Positions 25,493 through 37,635 of a stretch of DNA of 64,000 nt are shown here, piece after piece. The position numbers and the translations under genes were made by a program. Each line of letters opens with the position of its first letter. The stretch's first letter is position 1. The notes under the pieces are model-generated. The model saw only the letters and a list, made by a program, of their open reading frames with translations. It was not told the DNA's origin and ran no database searches. This DNA comes from Octopus sinensis (Eukaryota): the NCBI RefSeq assembly GCF_006345805.1, contig NC_042999.1:81530001-81594000 (forward strand). The letters run 5' to 3'.

Positions 25493-25748
25493 AAGCATAT
25501 ATATATACACAGAATATGAGGGGTTTAGTTCACTTGTGATCTAAAAGAATAGGTACGCTGTGTAAGTGCTATAATAGGTCGACAATTAGGTTCCAAGATC
25601 ACAGCTAAGGCTGGAGCTAGGGATCCGTGTTAGGGATCCGTTTTAGCATGTATATATTATATTAGAGGAAAATCAAAACCAAGGCAGAGCGTGTGTTTCA
25701 AGTGATTTAGAATAATTTAATTAAGGTAAGGGGAATTTTAAGTCTTAC

Positions 25749-25749
<1 letters not shown>

Positions 25750-25808
<59 letters not shown>
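25750..25808. repeat. (CT)n microsatellite
   Basis: Directly visible; truncates the Tc1 relic. Confidence 0.95.
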
Positions 25809-25809
<1 letters not shown>

Positions 25810-25810
<1 letters not shown>

Positions 25811-26620
25811 GGAATGTTAGGCCAAGCCAATACCTTTACAGTTTATCTGATAAAATCCTATTCGTCATCTTTGAAGTGTGTTTACGGTAATTACAATGTT
25901 GGAACAGGTAATATCTTCCTAGTTCCTTGATGCTTTTCAACATTCTTTTTTTCAATATGTCACAATAAAGCCTTGAATTGATTGTTCTCTCAATAAATGT
26001 GAGTCATCCCACACCAGCAGCACTCATGCATTCCCAAGACACTTCCAACGCAATGCTTCACAGTAGGCACGGTACATTTGTCGTTATTATCTTCATTTGG
26101 TCATCGCCATACACGTTTAATACCATCTGACCGAAACAAGTTGATTTTAGTCTCGTCAGAAAAAAAAATTTTTATTTCAAAACTCGTTCCACGTACTCAT
26201 ATAGGTTTCGGCAAAAGAAAGACGGCTTGATTTATGCCTTGAAGTAAGGAGAGGCTTCCTACGAGAAATGCGTCCATGAAGTCCACATTGGTTCAAACTT
26301 CGGCGAACTGTTTGGACGGATACACTCTTTCCACTAACAGAAGACACTCCTTGGGTCACAGACGAATCAGTACGACGCCTGTTATCCATCACGCAATGTT
26401 GAATGTGGCGAATATCACGCGCAGATAAAATAGAGAGACATCCTCGACGATGTTTACTACTTAGCCGTCCAGTGGCTTTGTAATTCTGAATTACGTTGGC
26501 AAATGTGTTTACGCTAATATGTATTCGTTTGCTAATTAACTTGTATCCTAAACCATTCTTGTGCAAATTAAAAATAATTTTCTTCAAATCTTCAGACTAT
26601 TCATTTAATTTTGGTGCTAT
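25810..26620 (-). pseudogene. Tc1-family (DD34E-type) transposase pseudogene
   Basis: SEDLKKIIFNLHKNGLGYKLISK (paired-like HTH), VSVQTVRRSLNQCGLHGRISRRKPLL, FSDETKINLFRSDG, VKVLAWPN. Stops and frameshifts are present and the third catalytic residue is lost. Confidence 0.85.
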
Positions 26621-27308
26621 TTTAATCAACAATGAAGATGATTTTCACTACGGTACACAAATCAGAACTTATGCAGATGCAATGACAATGACCGGTTCAA
26701 AAATGCCAGGAGGAACATTTTAGTAGAATTGAAATTATTAGCAACACTTAATTTCAGTAAAAAAAGTGGATAAAATACGGAATGTAACAAATTACTTTTA
26801 GTTTGTATATAATTTTGTAGCGTTTGAAAATTAATATTTCGTTCATATAAAATGTTTATTATTTTGTGTTCTAAATTTGCAGATTGTTTGCATGTAGAAT
26901 ATATTTTATACAGTATAAATTTCGTTCGATTTCCTTCGATATTAACAAAGAAGTGGCAATTTTACTGACAATGTTTAGTGGTGGAAATACTTATCTGTAA
27001 TACTGTGTTCCACATCTCCTTTTTTAAATATATATATATATTTAAAAAAGATGTGGAACACGAGTTGTGATATATAAAAAAAGGAAATGAAGAAAATGCT
27101 GACAAAATAATTTAAGTAAGGGAGAGTGTATTTAATTAGGTGACAGTTCTTTTTACCGGTTGCGCATTTGTTATGCTTATCAAAAGATATTTTGAGTGAG
27201 ATAGAGTTCCTTTCTGATTGATTTTTTCTCTTATCTCTTATATATATATTTCGTTTTTGGATTTGGTTTGCAAGATTCTGTATATGAGTTCGTGTGTTGA
27301 AACATATT

Positions 27309-27542
27309 CTGTTGTGTCTGGGGAGAGTCATTCTCTTTTAGTGCTTTATTATTTAACACACTCACCGGTAGAATTTCCACTTTTTTTTCAAAACTATTGA
27401 AGAGTCAAAATTTCCACGGAAATTCTACCGTGCAACGAAAATTTTAGAAAATAAAAATAAGAAAAAAAACGTGGAAATTCTACCGGGGAGTGAGTTAAAT
27501 AATAAGGCACTAAAAGAGAATGAATATCCTCAGACACAACAG
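27309..27542. mobile_element. MITE-like element with ~75-bp terminal inverted repeats
   Basis: CTGTTGTGTCTG...CATTCTCTTTTAGTGC.TTATTATTTAAC.CACTC.CCGGTAGAATTTCCAC at 27309-27380 is inverted at 27471-27542; the right end is followed by TA. Confidence 0.75.
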
Positions 27543-29068
27543 TATATATATATATATCATGTATATAACGTAATCATATATATATATATATATATATATA
27601 TAAGATTACTTTACAATCCTCAGTAGAGATATACCGACAATATATAAACGAGAAAAAAAAAACAAATATAAACCGCTAAATTTCTGCGTACAAATACTAA
27701 TATATATATTGCATCTCCTACGTATGCATTACATCACATAGCCCACGTCGGTCATGTGGTGAATGTCAGAAATCATGCAAGGTGAATATATAGAACCGCA
27801 GCACAATATAATGACGAAAATACCCAAAATTATTTATACCTATAAATTGAGGATATAATCATTAAAATGATTATAACAGTGGCTTGCATATAATGGTAAA
27901 ATTAATTTTTCAATATGCATTATAATAATATAATTATAATTAAGTGTGCTGAAATATCAAAGCCTATACGCTAGAAGTAGATGTCAAATGTCTATAAGTC
28001 ACTTTAAATTTATTCCAGCACCCTTAATTTCTATAAGGAATACCTCTTCATCATTTAATGCATAATTTGATTGAGCTTTGTATTATCAAAACTATAATAA
28101 TCCCAAAATATTACTTTTTGCTACTACCCGTATGCTTGCTATTTATGAGATACTTTTTCAAATGAGTTCCTGCGAGGTCGCTGAATATAACAGGTGGCAA
28201 TTTTCATCTGCATGACATTATATCAATCTGCTTCCAATTCTTTTCAAGTCACGGTTAATTTTCCTCCTTTTTGATGCACTGTTTTATATTGAATTCGCTC
28301 ATTCGTGTTATTTTTTATTTCCTTGATTCATTTTGCGGCATTCAACTCGGTGTCTTCATCCAATAATCGAACAAGCAGTAAAATGTGATGTTCGATTTGT
28401 TCTATCAACGACGCAAAGGTAATGAAAAACACGAGGGGAGAAAAAAGCTCAAAATGGCTGATGATACATAGCAAACACAATATTGCGTTAAAGACATATA
28501 AAAAATAAATTGGTGTGTCATGTATTATGCCACAAGAGGGTTATATATGGAACGGAAAGGGAAGAGGCATTTTAAGAGAATACATATATAGTGACTCATT
28601 TTCATTTCAACATGTTTACTCATTTTCATTTCAACAAGTTCTGATATTATATGAGACAGTAAAACAAAACCAATAAAGTATATAGTAATCAAAATCATTA
28701 GTTAATCTTTATTAAATGTTTCTACTATGTTTAACTCACACACAACGCTGTGTGCGTGCATGTGTGTGAATAAATCTGCAAGAATACCTGCGTTTATGTA
28801 ACAAATAACGTAAACATTTTGCTACGGTGGTTTATTAGTGAAACTAATTGTAAATGCATATGTGCCACTACTTTTAAGCGGTTTCTGAATTCTAGTCTAG
28901 TAATGGCAATGGGTTAATAAAAACAATCTCCATATTGGAAACGAATATTAATAATATAAATATGTAATTACTAGGACATGAATATGTCCATGTATATGTG
29001 GAGGTATATAAATGGGGCAGGTGAGCGTGTGTCGGTATATATATATATTTTTTTTTTTATATATATAT

Positions 29069-29447
29069 AGGCACAGGAGTGGCTGTGTGGTAAGTAGCTT
29101 GCTTACTAACCACATGGTTCCGGGTTCAGTCCCACTGCGTGGCACCTTGGGCAAGTGTCTTCTACTATAGCCTCGGGCCGACCAAAGCCTTGTGAGTGGA
29201 TTTGGTAGACGGAAACTGAAAGAAGCCCATCGTATATATGTATATATATATATGCGTGTATGTGTGTGTGTCTGTGTTTGACAACCGACGCTGGTGTGTT
29301 TATGTCCCCGTTACTTAGCTGTTCGGCAAAAAAGACCGATAGAATAAGTACTAGGCTTACAAAGAATAAGTCCCGGGGTCGATTTGCAAGATTAATGCGG
29401 TGCTCCAGCATGGCTGCAGTCAAATGACTGAAACAAGTAAAAGAGTA
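29069..29447 (+). mobile_element. tRNA-derived SINE, family A, near full length
   Basis: Collinear with 18403-18801. Confidence 0.92.
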
Positions 29448-29470
29448 ATCATGTGTACACATACGTACAT

Positions 29471-29501
<31 letters not shown>

Positions 29502-29537
29502 CATACATATATTTGTAGATATGTGTGTGTGTATACA

Positions 29538-29623
<86 letters not shown>

Positions 29624-29879
29624 TCCCATGCATGTATATACATACATATATTTTTCATCTCTGGCGGCACTATGCAGTCCTTATAAGAACATTTTACATT
29701 TGGATTTACCAAGTGAGGATTAACCAAGTAAAATAAATTTTAACTAACTACATTTTATCGACGTTCACTGTGACTAGCCAGCATTTATAACCGATAAGAG
29801 CGAACACGGTATCCGCTAGGATAATACATACCTCTTAACCATTTTGAATATTTGCATTTGGAAATAATTCTCGTATTAT

Positions 29880-30000
29880 ATGCATGTATGTATGCATTTA
29901 TGTATGTATGTATGTATGTATGTATGTATGTATGTATGTATGTATGTATGTATGTATGTATGTATATATGTATGTATGTAGTATGTATGTATGTATGTAT
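29880..30000. repeat. (TATG)n microsatellite
   Basis: Directly visible. Confidence 0.95.
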
Positions 30001-30004
30001 TATA

Positions 30005-31242
30005 GAGAGAGTGTGGTGGAAGGAAAACTTGGAAAATAATTGATAATGTACTAAATTGTTTATTTTACAACAACCAGCAATCTGAAATAATTATGATTTT
30101 AACAATAGTATATAGGGGTATAAAAAGACAACTTATACAATATGTCTACAGTTATTGTCCACCACAGCCTTCACACGCCGCCTTAAGGCCTCACAACTCT
30201 TCATGATGAAGTATTCAGGCCTTGCTTAAGATGATCAACACTTGGATGCGAAGTTCCGTTAGTAGAGCACTCCATTTTTTCCCATAGTCCAGGGGCCTAA
30301 GTTTGGCCTTGGAAGAAGGCCAGAAATTGGCAGGGCCAGAATCGGCGAAGTTGTTTCCGCAGAATTCCTGCACATTCTTCGTGGTATGGGCAGGAGCACT
30401 ATCTTGCGTCTACAAATAATTACCGCTGGGGTAGTTAGACCTCAACCAAGGCATAATCTTATATCGCAGGACTTTATAATGAACTTCAGTATCCATCATT
30501 TCCCCAGAATTGAAAATATGGTGAGGAATCTTTTTATCTGTCAGATGTCATGACACCGAATACCGTGAATTGAGCTATGGTGCTTGGTCCTAAGACGTCC
30601 CTTATTTCCGAATGTGACTTAGCAATGTAGCGGTCATTGGGACGGTTTAAAACAGCATGCACAGTAAAGTTTTTTTTTATGTCAAGATTGTGCATCAGTT
30701 ATCGCAACACACCTTTGTCTCTTTCTTGCCTTCTGCCCTTCATTGCATGGGTTAATAGGTGTCTCAGGATCCTCGCGTATGACCCTGCCTGCAAATCAGT
30801 GTGTACAGTATTTCTGATGGTCTTTGGATCAACTTTCATGTTCATGAACAGTTTTCTCAGGGATGTTGTTGTGTCTTTCAAAATTTTCAATTTGAGATTT
30901 AATAAATGCATTATCCTGTATTTTTATTTAAGCCTCCACTTCCTTAGTTTCTCTTCATGCCTCCCATATCCAGCATTCGGTTCTTAACGTCGTAGACAAT
31001 GCTCACAGAGCGCCAACAGTCTCAACAATTCATCTAATTGCAACCCTGGCACAAAGCAGATCTGAAATATATTGGCTCTTGGTTTCTTCAGGGGACATAC
31101 CAGATTGTATGACAGGAATTTCCGCTTATTAAATATATATGCCTCCGCGCTGAAGTAGCAAAACACTAATCAAGTATTTACGCTCAGGAATATATGAAAA
31201 ATTAGGCTTCCAAAATGTTCCGTTTTGCTTTCCCACCCTGTA
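30005..31242 (-). mobile_element. DD37D (maT/Bmmar1-like) Tc1/mariner element, near full length, inactivated; transposase about 31098-30137
   Basis: TQDSAPAHTTKNVQEFCGNNFADSGPANFWPSSKAKLRPLDY has 37 residues between the Asp codons (30401-30403 and 30287-30289). Also TSLRKL..KVDPKTIR and GSGG. The terminus TA|CAGGGTGG lies at 31240; the opposite TIR is degenerate. Confidence 0.85.
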
Positions 31243-31249
31243 TATATAT

Positions 31250-31470
31250 CTCAAACCCACAAGAGTAAATAAGAGAGAAAGAGATAGGCAGAAACAAGGA
31301 AAATGTCTCATGTATTTGAATACTATGCAGATATGCTTTTAAAAAGCTTTTCTTTTAATTTTTCCAAAATTTAATTATTTTTCATACTCATAGTTGAAAA
31401 AGTCTGAATGGATGTAACCGGCCCTAAGATGTTTTTTATAAAATTATCTTACCATTTTCTACCTTCACTT
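31250..31470 (+). mobile_element. Penelope-like terminal repeat (pLTR family 1), degenerate hammerhead core
   Basis: Collinear with 18100-18330; ends at (TA)n. Confidence 0.6.
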
Positions 31471-31472
31471 TG

Positions 31473-31474
<2 letters not shown>

Positions 31475-31513
<39 letters not shown>

Positions 31514-31640
31514 TTTCTTATATATATATATGTGTGTGTATATATATATACATATATATATGAATATATATAAATATGTATATATATATATATATATATG
31601 TGTGTGTATATATATATACATATATATATGAATATATATA

Positions 31641-31697
<57 letters not shown>
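31475..31697. repeat. (TA)n-rich compound microsatellite
   Basis: Directly visible. Confidence 0.9.
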
Positions 31698-31744
31698 CAA
31701 TCAATAAATGGTGGGGTTGTGTTGACTGCACGTTGAGAAATGAT

Positions 31745-32149
31745 AGGCAAGGAAAAATTAAAAAGGCAGAATGCTAAATTGAAGGAAAATTTTAATGAAA
31801 ATGGGTGTATGGAAAATTTTTAAAAATTAATAAAATATATATATATTAATTCAAACCGGTTTTCGTCGCAATGTGACTTTTCAAGAATTGTAAGGTGGAA
31901 AGAAAAAAAATTTTGTTTATGTTTGAGGAGGGGTAAAAAGAAAATTGCATTGTTTTTTGCAAAAAAAAAATACTAATAAACATGTACAAAAATTAAAAAA
32001 TAGGTATTCCGATACATTGTAAAGTCTTTGTGTATCTCGAGTTTAATGATAGTTCTTGAAAAAATTACCTTGGAGGATTGAGATCCATATGATTAAATCC
32101 ATGTGCTGTTTAATTTAATTAAGGATGTCTGTTAAGTGAATGTCAAAAC
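31745..32149 (-). repeat. Left arm of a ~400-bp inverted repeat (PLE terminal repeat family 2, inverted copy)
   Basis: Reverse complement of 33521-33988, about 95% identical by eye. Confidence 0.9.
31848..31889 (-). ncRNA. Minimal type I hammerhead fold with U3:A8 core variant
   Basis: AATTC-TTGAAAA-GTC-ACATTGC-GAC-GAAA-A-CCGG-T-T-T^GAATT. Helix I is 5 bp, helix II is 3 bp, and helix III is 2 bp with a palindromic CCGG loop. Confidence 0.55.
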
Positions 32150-33052
32150 ACCTAAGAACCAAATCATAACAGACATCTACCACAAACCTGCAGACTCACA
32201 ACAATACCTCCTCTTTAGTTCATGCCACCCAAAACACACCAAGACAAATATCCCTTTCAATTTAGCTAAAAGGGTATGCACCATTGTCTCGGATCCCAAA
32301 ACTCAAGAAATACGCCTTCAAGACCTCAAAAAAACACTATTACATCCCCAATATCCCTCCACCCTTATAGAGTATGGAATAAAACACGCCAAAGAACTAG
32401 ACAACATTACACTGAAAACCACTCAACCCAACAACACACAGAACCCCAAAATACTTCCATACATTTCCACCCACAACCCCAAAAATACCGAAGCATACAC
32501 CACAATCATACAAAACCTCACTCTACTTTCCACAGACCCAAAAATGAAAACATTATAAATACACACAAAATTCTCAAATGTAAAAGGCAACACAAATCTT
32601 TAAAAAAACTCTTGACAAATGCCAAACTTCACACACCACATCCACCCCCAGCAGTTAGAAAATGTGCAGCCCAAACTGTGGCACCTGCCCCTTCCTACCT
32701 GAAGGCTCTGAATTTATCTTCAAACAAGGAACGAAGTTTAAAATCAAGACCAACTTCTCCTGCTCCTCCGAGAACCTTCTCTACGTTCACACGTGCGCCG
32801 GTTGCCAACATAATTATGATGGACAAACGAGCCGCCCTTTATGTAAAAGAGTAGCGGTCCATAAAGAACAAATAAATCTCCCGGAATACCGGCAAATTCC
32901 ACATAGACTCATGCGCTAAAACAAAATTCCCAAATTTTACATATTCCCCTTCTACCAATGTAAAGACGGAATCACCACACAGGAGAGAATGAACAAGGAG
33001 AATCTTTTTATTGAAAAATTCAAAACGCATCTTAATATGCAAACTCCTCGTT
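32136..33052 (+). mobile_element. Penelope-like element, 5'-truncated: RT thumb plus GIY-YIG endonuclease, frameshifted
   Basis: TDIYHKPADSQQYLLFSSCHPKHTKTNIPFNLAKRVCTIVSD, CGTCPF, FSCSSENLLYVHTCAGCQHNYDGQTSRPLCKRVAVHK, ERMNKENLFIEKFKTHLN. Confidence 0.9.
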
Positions 33053-33177
33053 GATCATACTTCTTTTTTCTCCCTCATTCTTCATGGATGGACTAATACA
33101 AATATATAAGGATACCATACAGTCATCACTTCAAGCTAAAACTTATATTCTTTATTTATCATTATTATTATAGTTGT

Positions 33178-33178
33178 T

Positions 33179-33250
<72 letters not shown>
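33178..33250. repeat. (CAT)n(TAT)n microsatellite within the PLE 3' region
   Basis: Directly visible. Confidence 0.9.
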
Positions 33251-33253
<3 letters not shown>

Positions 33254-33520
33254 GACATAACAATCTGAAATTTAATTATTAATTGGTTTATGTAAATTTA
33301 TATAATTAGAAGACAATATAAATAAAGTGTTAAAATCTGAATGTTAAGGTAGCAAACAATTATATAAAAAAAGATAATGCAAATGAAGCTAAAATGATAA
33401 TTTTATAACTTAAGGTTTATTAACACCCTTTATTACAAAAAATTGATAAACCCAAATTGAAGAGCTTAAAACCCACAGAGTTGTCTCCCCTTACTCACAG
33501 GAACTGGACAAGTACTTCCT

Positions 33521-33985
33521 GTTTTGACATTCAATTAACAGACATCCTAAATTAAATTAAACAGCACATGGATTTAATCACATGGATCTCAATCCTCCAA
33601 GGTAATTTTTTCAAGAACTATCATTAAACTCGAGATGCATAAAGACTTTACAATGTATCGGAATACCTATTTTTTAAATTTTGTACATGTTTATTATTAT
33701 TTTTTTGCAAAAAACAAAGCAATTTTCTTTTTTACCCTCCTCAAACATAAATAAAAAAAAATTTCTTTCCACCTTACAATTCTTGAAAAGTCACATTGCG
33801 ATGAAAACCTGTTTAAATTAATATACATATATTTTATTAATTTTTCGAAATTTTCCATACACCCATTTTCATTAAAATTGAATTAATATATATATATTTT
33901 ATTAATTTTAAAAATTTTCCATACACCCATTTTCATTAAAATTTTCCTTCAATTTAGCATTCTGCCTTTTTAATTTTCCCTTGCC

Positions 33986-33988
<3 letters not shown>
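33521..33988 (+). repeat. Right arm of the inverted repeat (PLE terminal repeat family 2, sense copy) with an internal ~65-bp tandem duplication
   Basis: Mirrors 31745-32149. 33815-33880 is duplicated at 33881-33945. The hammerhead copy at 33778-33819 has three substitutions. Ends at (TA)n. Confidence 0.9.
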
Positions 33989-34041
<53 letters not shown>

Positions 34042-34059
34042 TGTGTGCGCGTGTGTGTG

Positions 34060-34273
34060 TTTGTAAGTCTGTGTTTGTCCCCCTCAACATCGCTTGACAA
34101 CCGATGTGGTGTGTTTACGTTCCTGAAACCTAGCAGTTCGGCAAAAGAGACCGATAGAATAAGTACTAGTCTTACAAGGTATATGTCTTGGGGTCGATTT
34201 GCTGGACTAAAGCTGGTGTTCCAGCATGACCGCAGTCAAATGACTGAAACAAGTAAATGAGAGTAAAAGAGTA
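34060..34273 (+). mobile_element. SINE family A, 3' half
   Basis: From GTCCCCCTCAACATCGCTTGACAACCG to GACTGAAACAAGTAAA; the 5' part is lost in (GT)n. Confidence 0.85.
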
Positions 34274-35324
34274 TATGTATATGCAGGTATATGTAAATAT
34301 ACATACAATATATACAGGGAAAGAGAGACAGACAGACAGAGAAACAGATCCATACATACAAGCTTATGACCCTATATAAAAGAACGATTAATTACTTCAA
34401 ATTAGCGAAAAGAGAATCTCAAAGAAAATAGCTTTGTTACTTTTAGAATCTCAGAAAAGTGATATTAGAAAGAAACTCTCCAGGAAACACATTCCCAAAA
34501 TGATTAAAGAAATGAAACTTATATTGCAATCTGATTATCTCACATGAGCGAGTGATTAATGTTATCGAAGATGTTTATAATCATTTATGAATAGTTTCAT
34601 AGTAAGTTAATGTTATTTTCTAAGACATAAGTACATAGATTTAGAAGTCGGATACAAAATATTAAATGCATACGACTCTGATTCAATGGTTCTTAATTTC
34701 TCGACACTTCATTGATCAAAAACAACGATACCATCCCAGTGGAATTTGAAATCAGAAACAGAATTGAAGAAGTAACTGAATACAGGGAAACCTTAAATCC
34801 GCTGCTGTAGACCTCCATTCATTCACTGTCTTAATAATGACGTATTAATGGGGATCATAATGGGGTGATAATGGCACGATTCTGACAGAAGTGCAAGTGT
34901 AATTTACAGAATTCAGTCATTAATGATTAATAGTCGTATCAGAAGTTTAAAAACTGTAGAGATGGCTGAAATATTAAATTCATATATTGTTTGATTTCCA
35001 ATCTATACATTATGCTTTCAAATCAGTCTACATTAGTCAATTTATGTTATCGAATTAAGTACCAATTAAAGTATAGTGTCAATTTTATTGTTTGTTCTCG
35101 TTTAAAATTTTTACTCAGTTGGAAACAAAATCGTGTTAGAAGGTTCTCGAGAGATAAGATAAATGTTTTCCAGAAGTTCGTTTCCTCTCTCTAATCTAAA
35201 TTTTACCATTAAAATTAATATAATTCGTGTATAATGAATATATGTGTGCGTGTTCGTGCGTATATATATATATATATATACATATATAAAACTGTATATA
35301 TGCGCTCGCACTCACGCACGCATG

Positions 35325-35643
35325 GCTGGGCGCTCTGTCAGTTACGACGACGTGTGTTCCAGATTCGATCACACGGCACAGCTATGAAATGAACGTGCAA
35401 GTGGTTGATAACTCAAAACGTAGGCATGTCCTTAACATAATTCTCAGGAATATTAATGGTAACACACCGAATATCATCATGGCTGACCCTTTGTAAAACA
35501 TGTTGAACTCATTTTTGCCCGCTGAGGGAACAGGAGCACCGCAAAATTAAGTGTCCCTATGAAGAACGAAATGCGACATTAGGAATCGAACTCACGAAGT
35601 TACGGCCAGGAGCGGAAAACACCAACCACTAAGCCACTCGCTT
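35325..35643 (-). mobile_element. Diverged tRNA-derived SINE related to family C
   Basis: Minus-strand head GCGAGTGGCTTAGTGGTTGG...GAGTTCGATTCCT; the body shares blocks with 8765-9264. Confidence 0.55.
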
Positions 35644-36237
35644 TTATACTCATATATAATGTTTATATTTGTACGCATAACTTTACCTTTCGCAATAATC
35701 TGAAGGACCTTCCTTCAAATATATAACAGCTAGCTAGAAAGAAATGGCTTCGTGTTAAAGTAAATACTGATAAGTTCAAATATAATATTTTCTGTTGAAA
35801 AACCTTGAGGAAAGTGGAAAAGCGAAAGAAATGACACAAATCGTGCAATTTCGAGATATTTCGCCACTCAGTGCAGTTTTTTTTAACATAACTGTTCTAT
35901 AAATGCAGCAGTTAATAATATTTCTGTGAGTGTTAGTATAGTTAATGCAGGAGACGTTACAATGTAATCTAGAAATAGCTATGGAGTATAGAGAAATAAA
36001 CAATACTAGCCGAAGGCAAGTATTTTGTTATTAATATTATTTTTTGGGCGATTCTTTTTATTCACAGCTATTGCAAACTATCAACGGAAAATCATGAGTT
36101 ATATGTGCATTGCTATAGACTGTTTGGTGAAAAGTTTTAAAACAAACTTACTAAACTGTGTTATTATTAGAATTATAATTTCCGATTCATTTTAAGAATT
36201 ACAATGTCATTGCTTTTGACTATTTAGAACAACATAT

Positions 36238-36470
36238 AAGGCGGCGAGCTAGCAGAAACGTTAGCACGCCGGGCGAAATCCGTAGCCGTCTTTCGTCTGC
36301 CGTTACGTTCTCAGTTCAAATTCCGCCGAGGTCGACTTTGCCTTTCATCCTTTCGGGATCGATAAATTAAGTACCAGTTACGCACTGGAGTCGATGTAAT
36401 CGACTTAATCCGTTTGTCTGTCCTTGTTTATTCTCTCTGTGTTTAGCCCCTTGTGGGTAATAAAGAAATA
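36238..36470 (+). mobile_element. tRNA-derived SINE family B, full length, with Tx1-like tail
   Basis: GGCGGCGAGCTAGCAGAAACGTTAGCAC...CAGTTCAAATTCCGCCGAGG...; ends CCCCTTGTGGGTAATAAAGAAATA. Confidence 0.88.
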
Positions 36471-36635
36471 GAATCGTGAGCACGCCGAGTGAAATACTTA
36501 GCGTCATTTCGTCTGTCTTTATGTTCTGTCTTCACATTCCGCCGAGTTCGATTTTGCCCTTCATTGTTTCGGAGTCGATAATTTAGCACCAGTTGCGCAC
36601 TGGAGTCGATCTAATCGACTTCTCTCCTCCCCAAA
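36471..36635 (+). mobile_element. Older, headless SINE family B copy with alternative tail
   Basis: Starts GAATCGTGAGCACGCCG directly after the preceding copy and is more diverged; ends CTCCTCCCCAAAAATT. Confidence 0.75.
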
Positions 36636-37397
36636 AATTGACTCGCTCTATATTTTTGTGGAATATCCTCTTCCCAATTCTCACGAAACATACCTTGTCT
36701 GACTTGAAAATTTGCGAATCCCAGCTCCTAACTTCGCCACTTCTGCTCATATAATTTTGCAGTATAGGGCTGCGACTGGGAACTAGCAGCAAAATAACAA
36801 GCAGTTTATTTCCTCTTCACTGGACCCTCTGAAAAAGTTTTGCTGCTTGGCGTGGTTTTAATTTTATATTATTCATATTCTGTTTTATCCAATGATTTTC
36901 TTTTCCCGCAATGACTATTTGCTACAATTCTTTGTATTCAGTGGATTTTTAATCTAATCTAATATCACCCATAATTTTGTACTAAGTTGTACTTTCTTTG
37001 ACTGGTTTCATTTGGAAATTGGCACCGGTTTCCCCTAGAGAACTGCATTGTGTGTCGCAATTCTATATTTATTTATGTATGAATTATTTTCTATTCTCTA
37101 GTTTTTGTTGCTGTTTTACTCTTCGCTGATACCTATACAAATTATGTAGACTATATAAATAATTATACCTTTATTGTTTGCCGGGAATGTATTGTGAAGT
37201 TGGCATCTAAAATCACACGTGATTTTATTAGACTATTTTGTTGTTATCATTTGTAATATTCAGGTTTAACTATGCAATATTAGTAACACATAGATTCATC
37301 TATTGTGTTGTTTATGCTCGTTTTGTTTTGAGTTGGAGGTATACATTTATTTTTTGTTGGTTTTATTTGCAACAGTTGTTATTTGTTATGAATATAT

Positions 37398-37635
37398 TAT
37401 TAATAAGGCGGCGAGCTGGCAGAAACGTCAGCACGCCGGCCGAAATGCTTAGAGTTTTTACGTGTCTTTACATTCTGAGTTCAAATTCCGCCAAGGTCGA
37501 ATTTGCCTTTCATCCTTTCGGGGTCGACTAAATAAGTACCAGTTACGCACTGAGGTCGATATAATCGACTTAATACCTATGTCTGTCCTTGTTTGCCCCC
37601 TCTATGTTTAGCCCATTGTGGGTAATAAAGAAATA
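37398..37635 (+). mobile_element. tRNA-derived SINE family B, full length, with Tx1-like tail
   Basis: GGCGGCGAGCTGGCAGAAACGTCAGCAC... ends GCCCATTGTGGGTAATAAAGAAATA. Confidence 0.88.
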
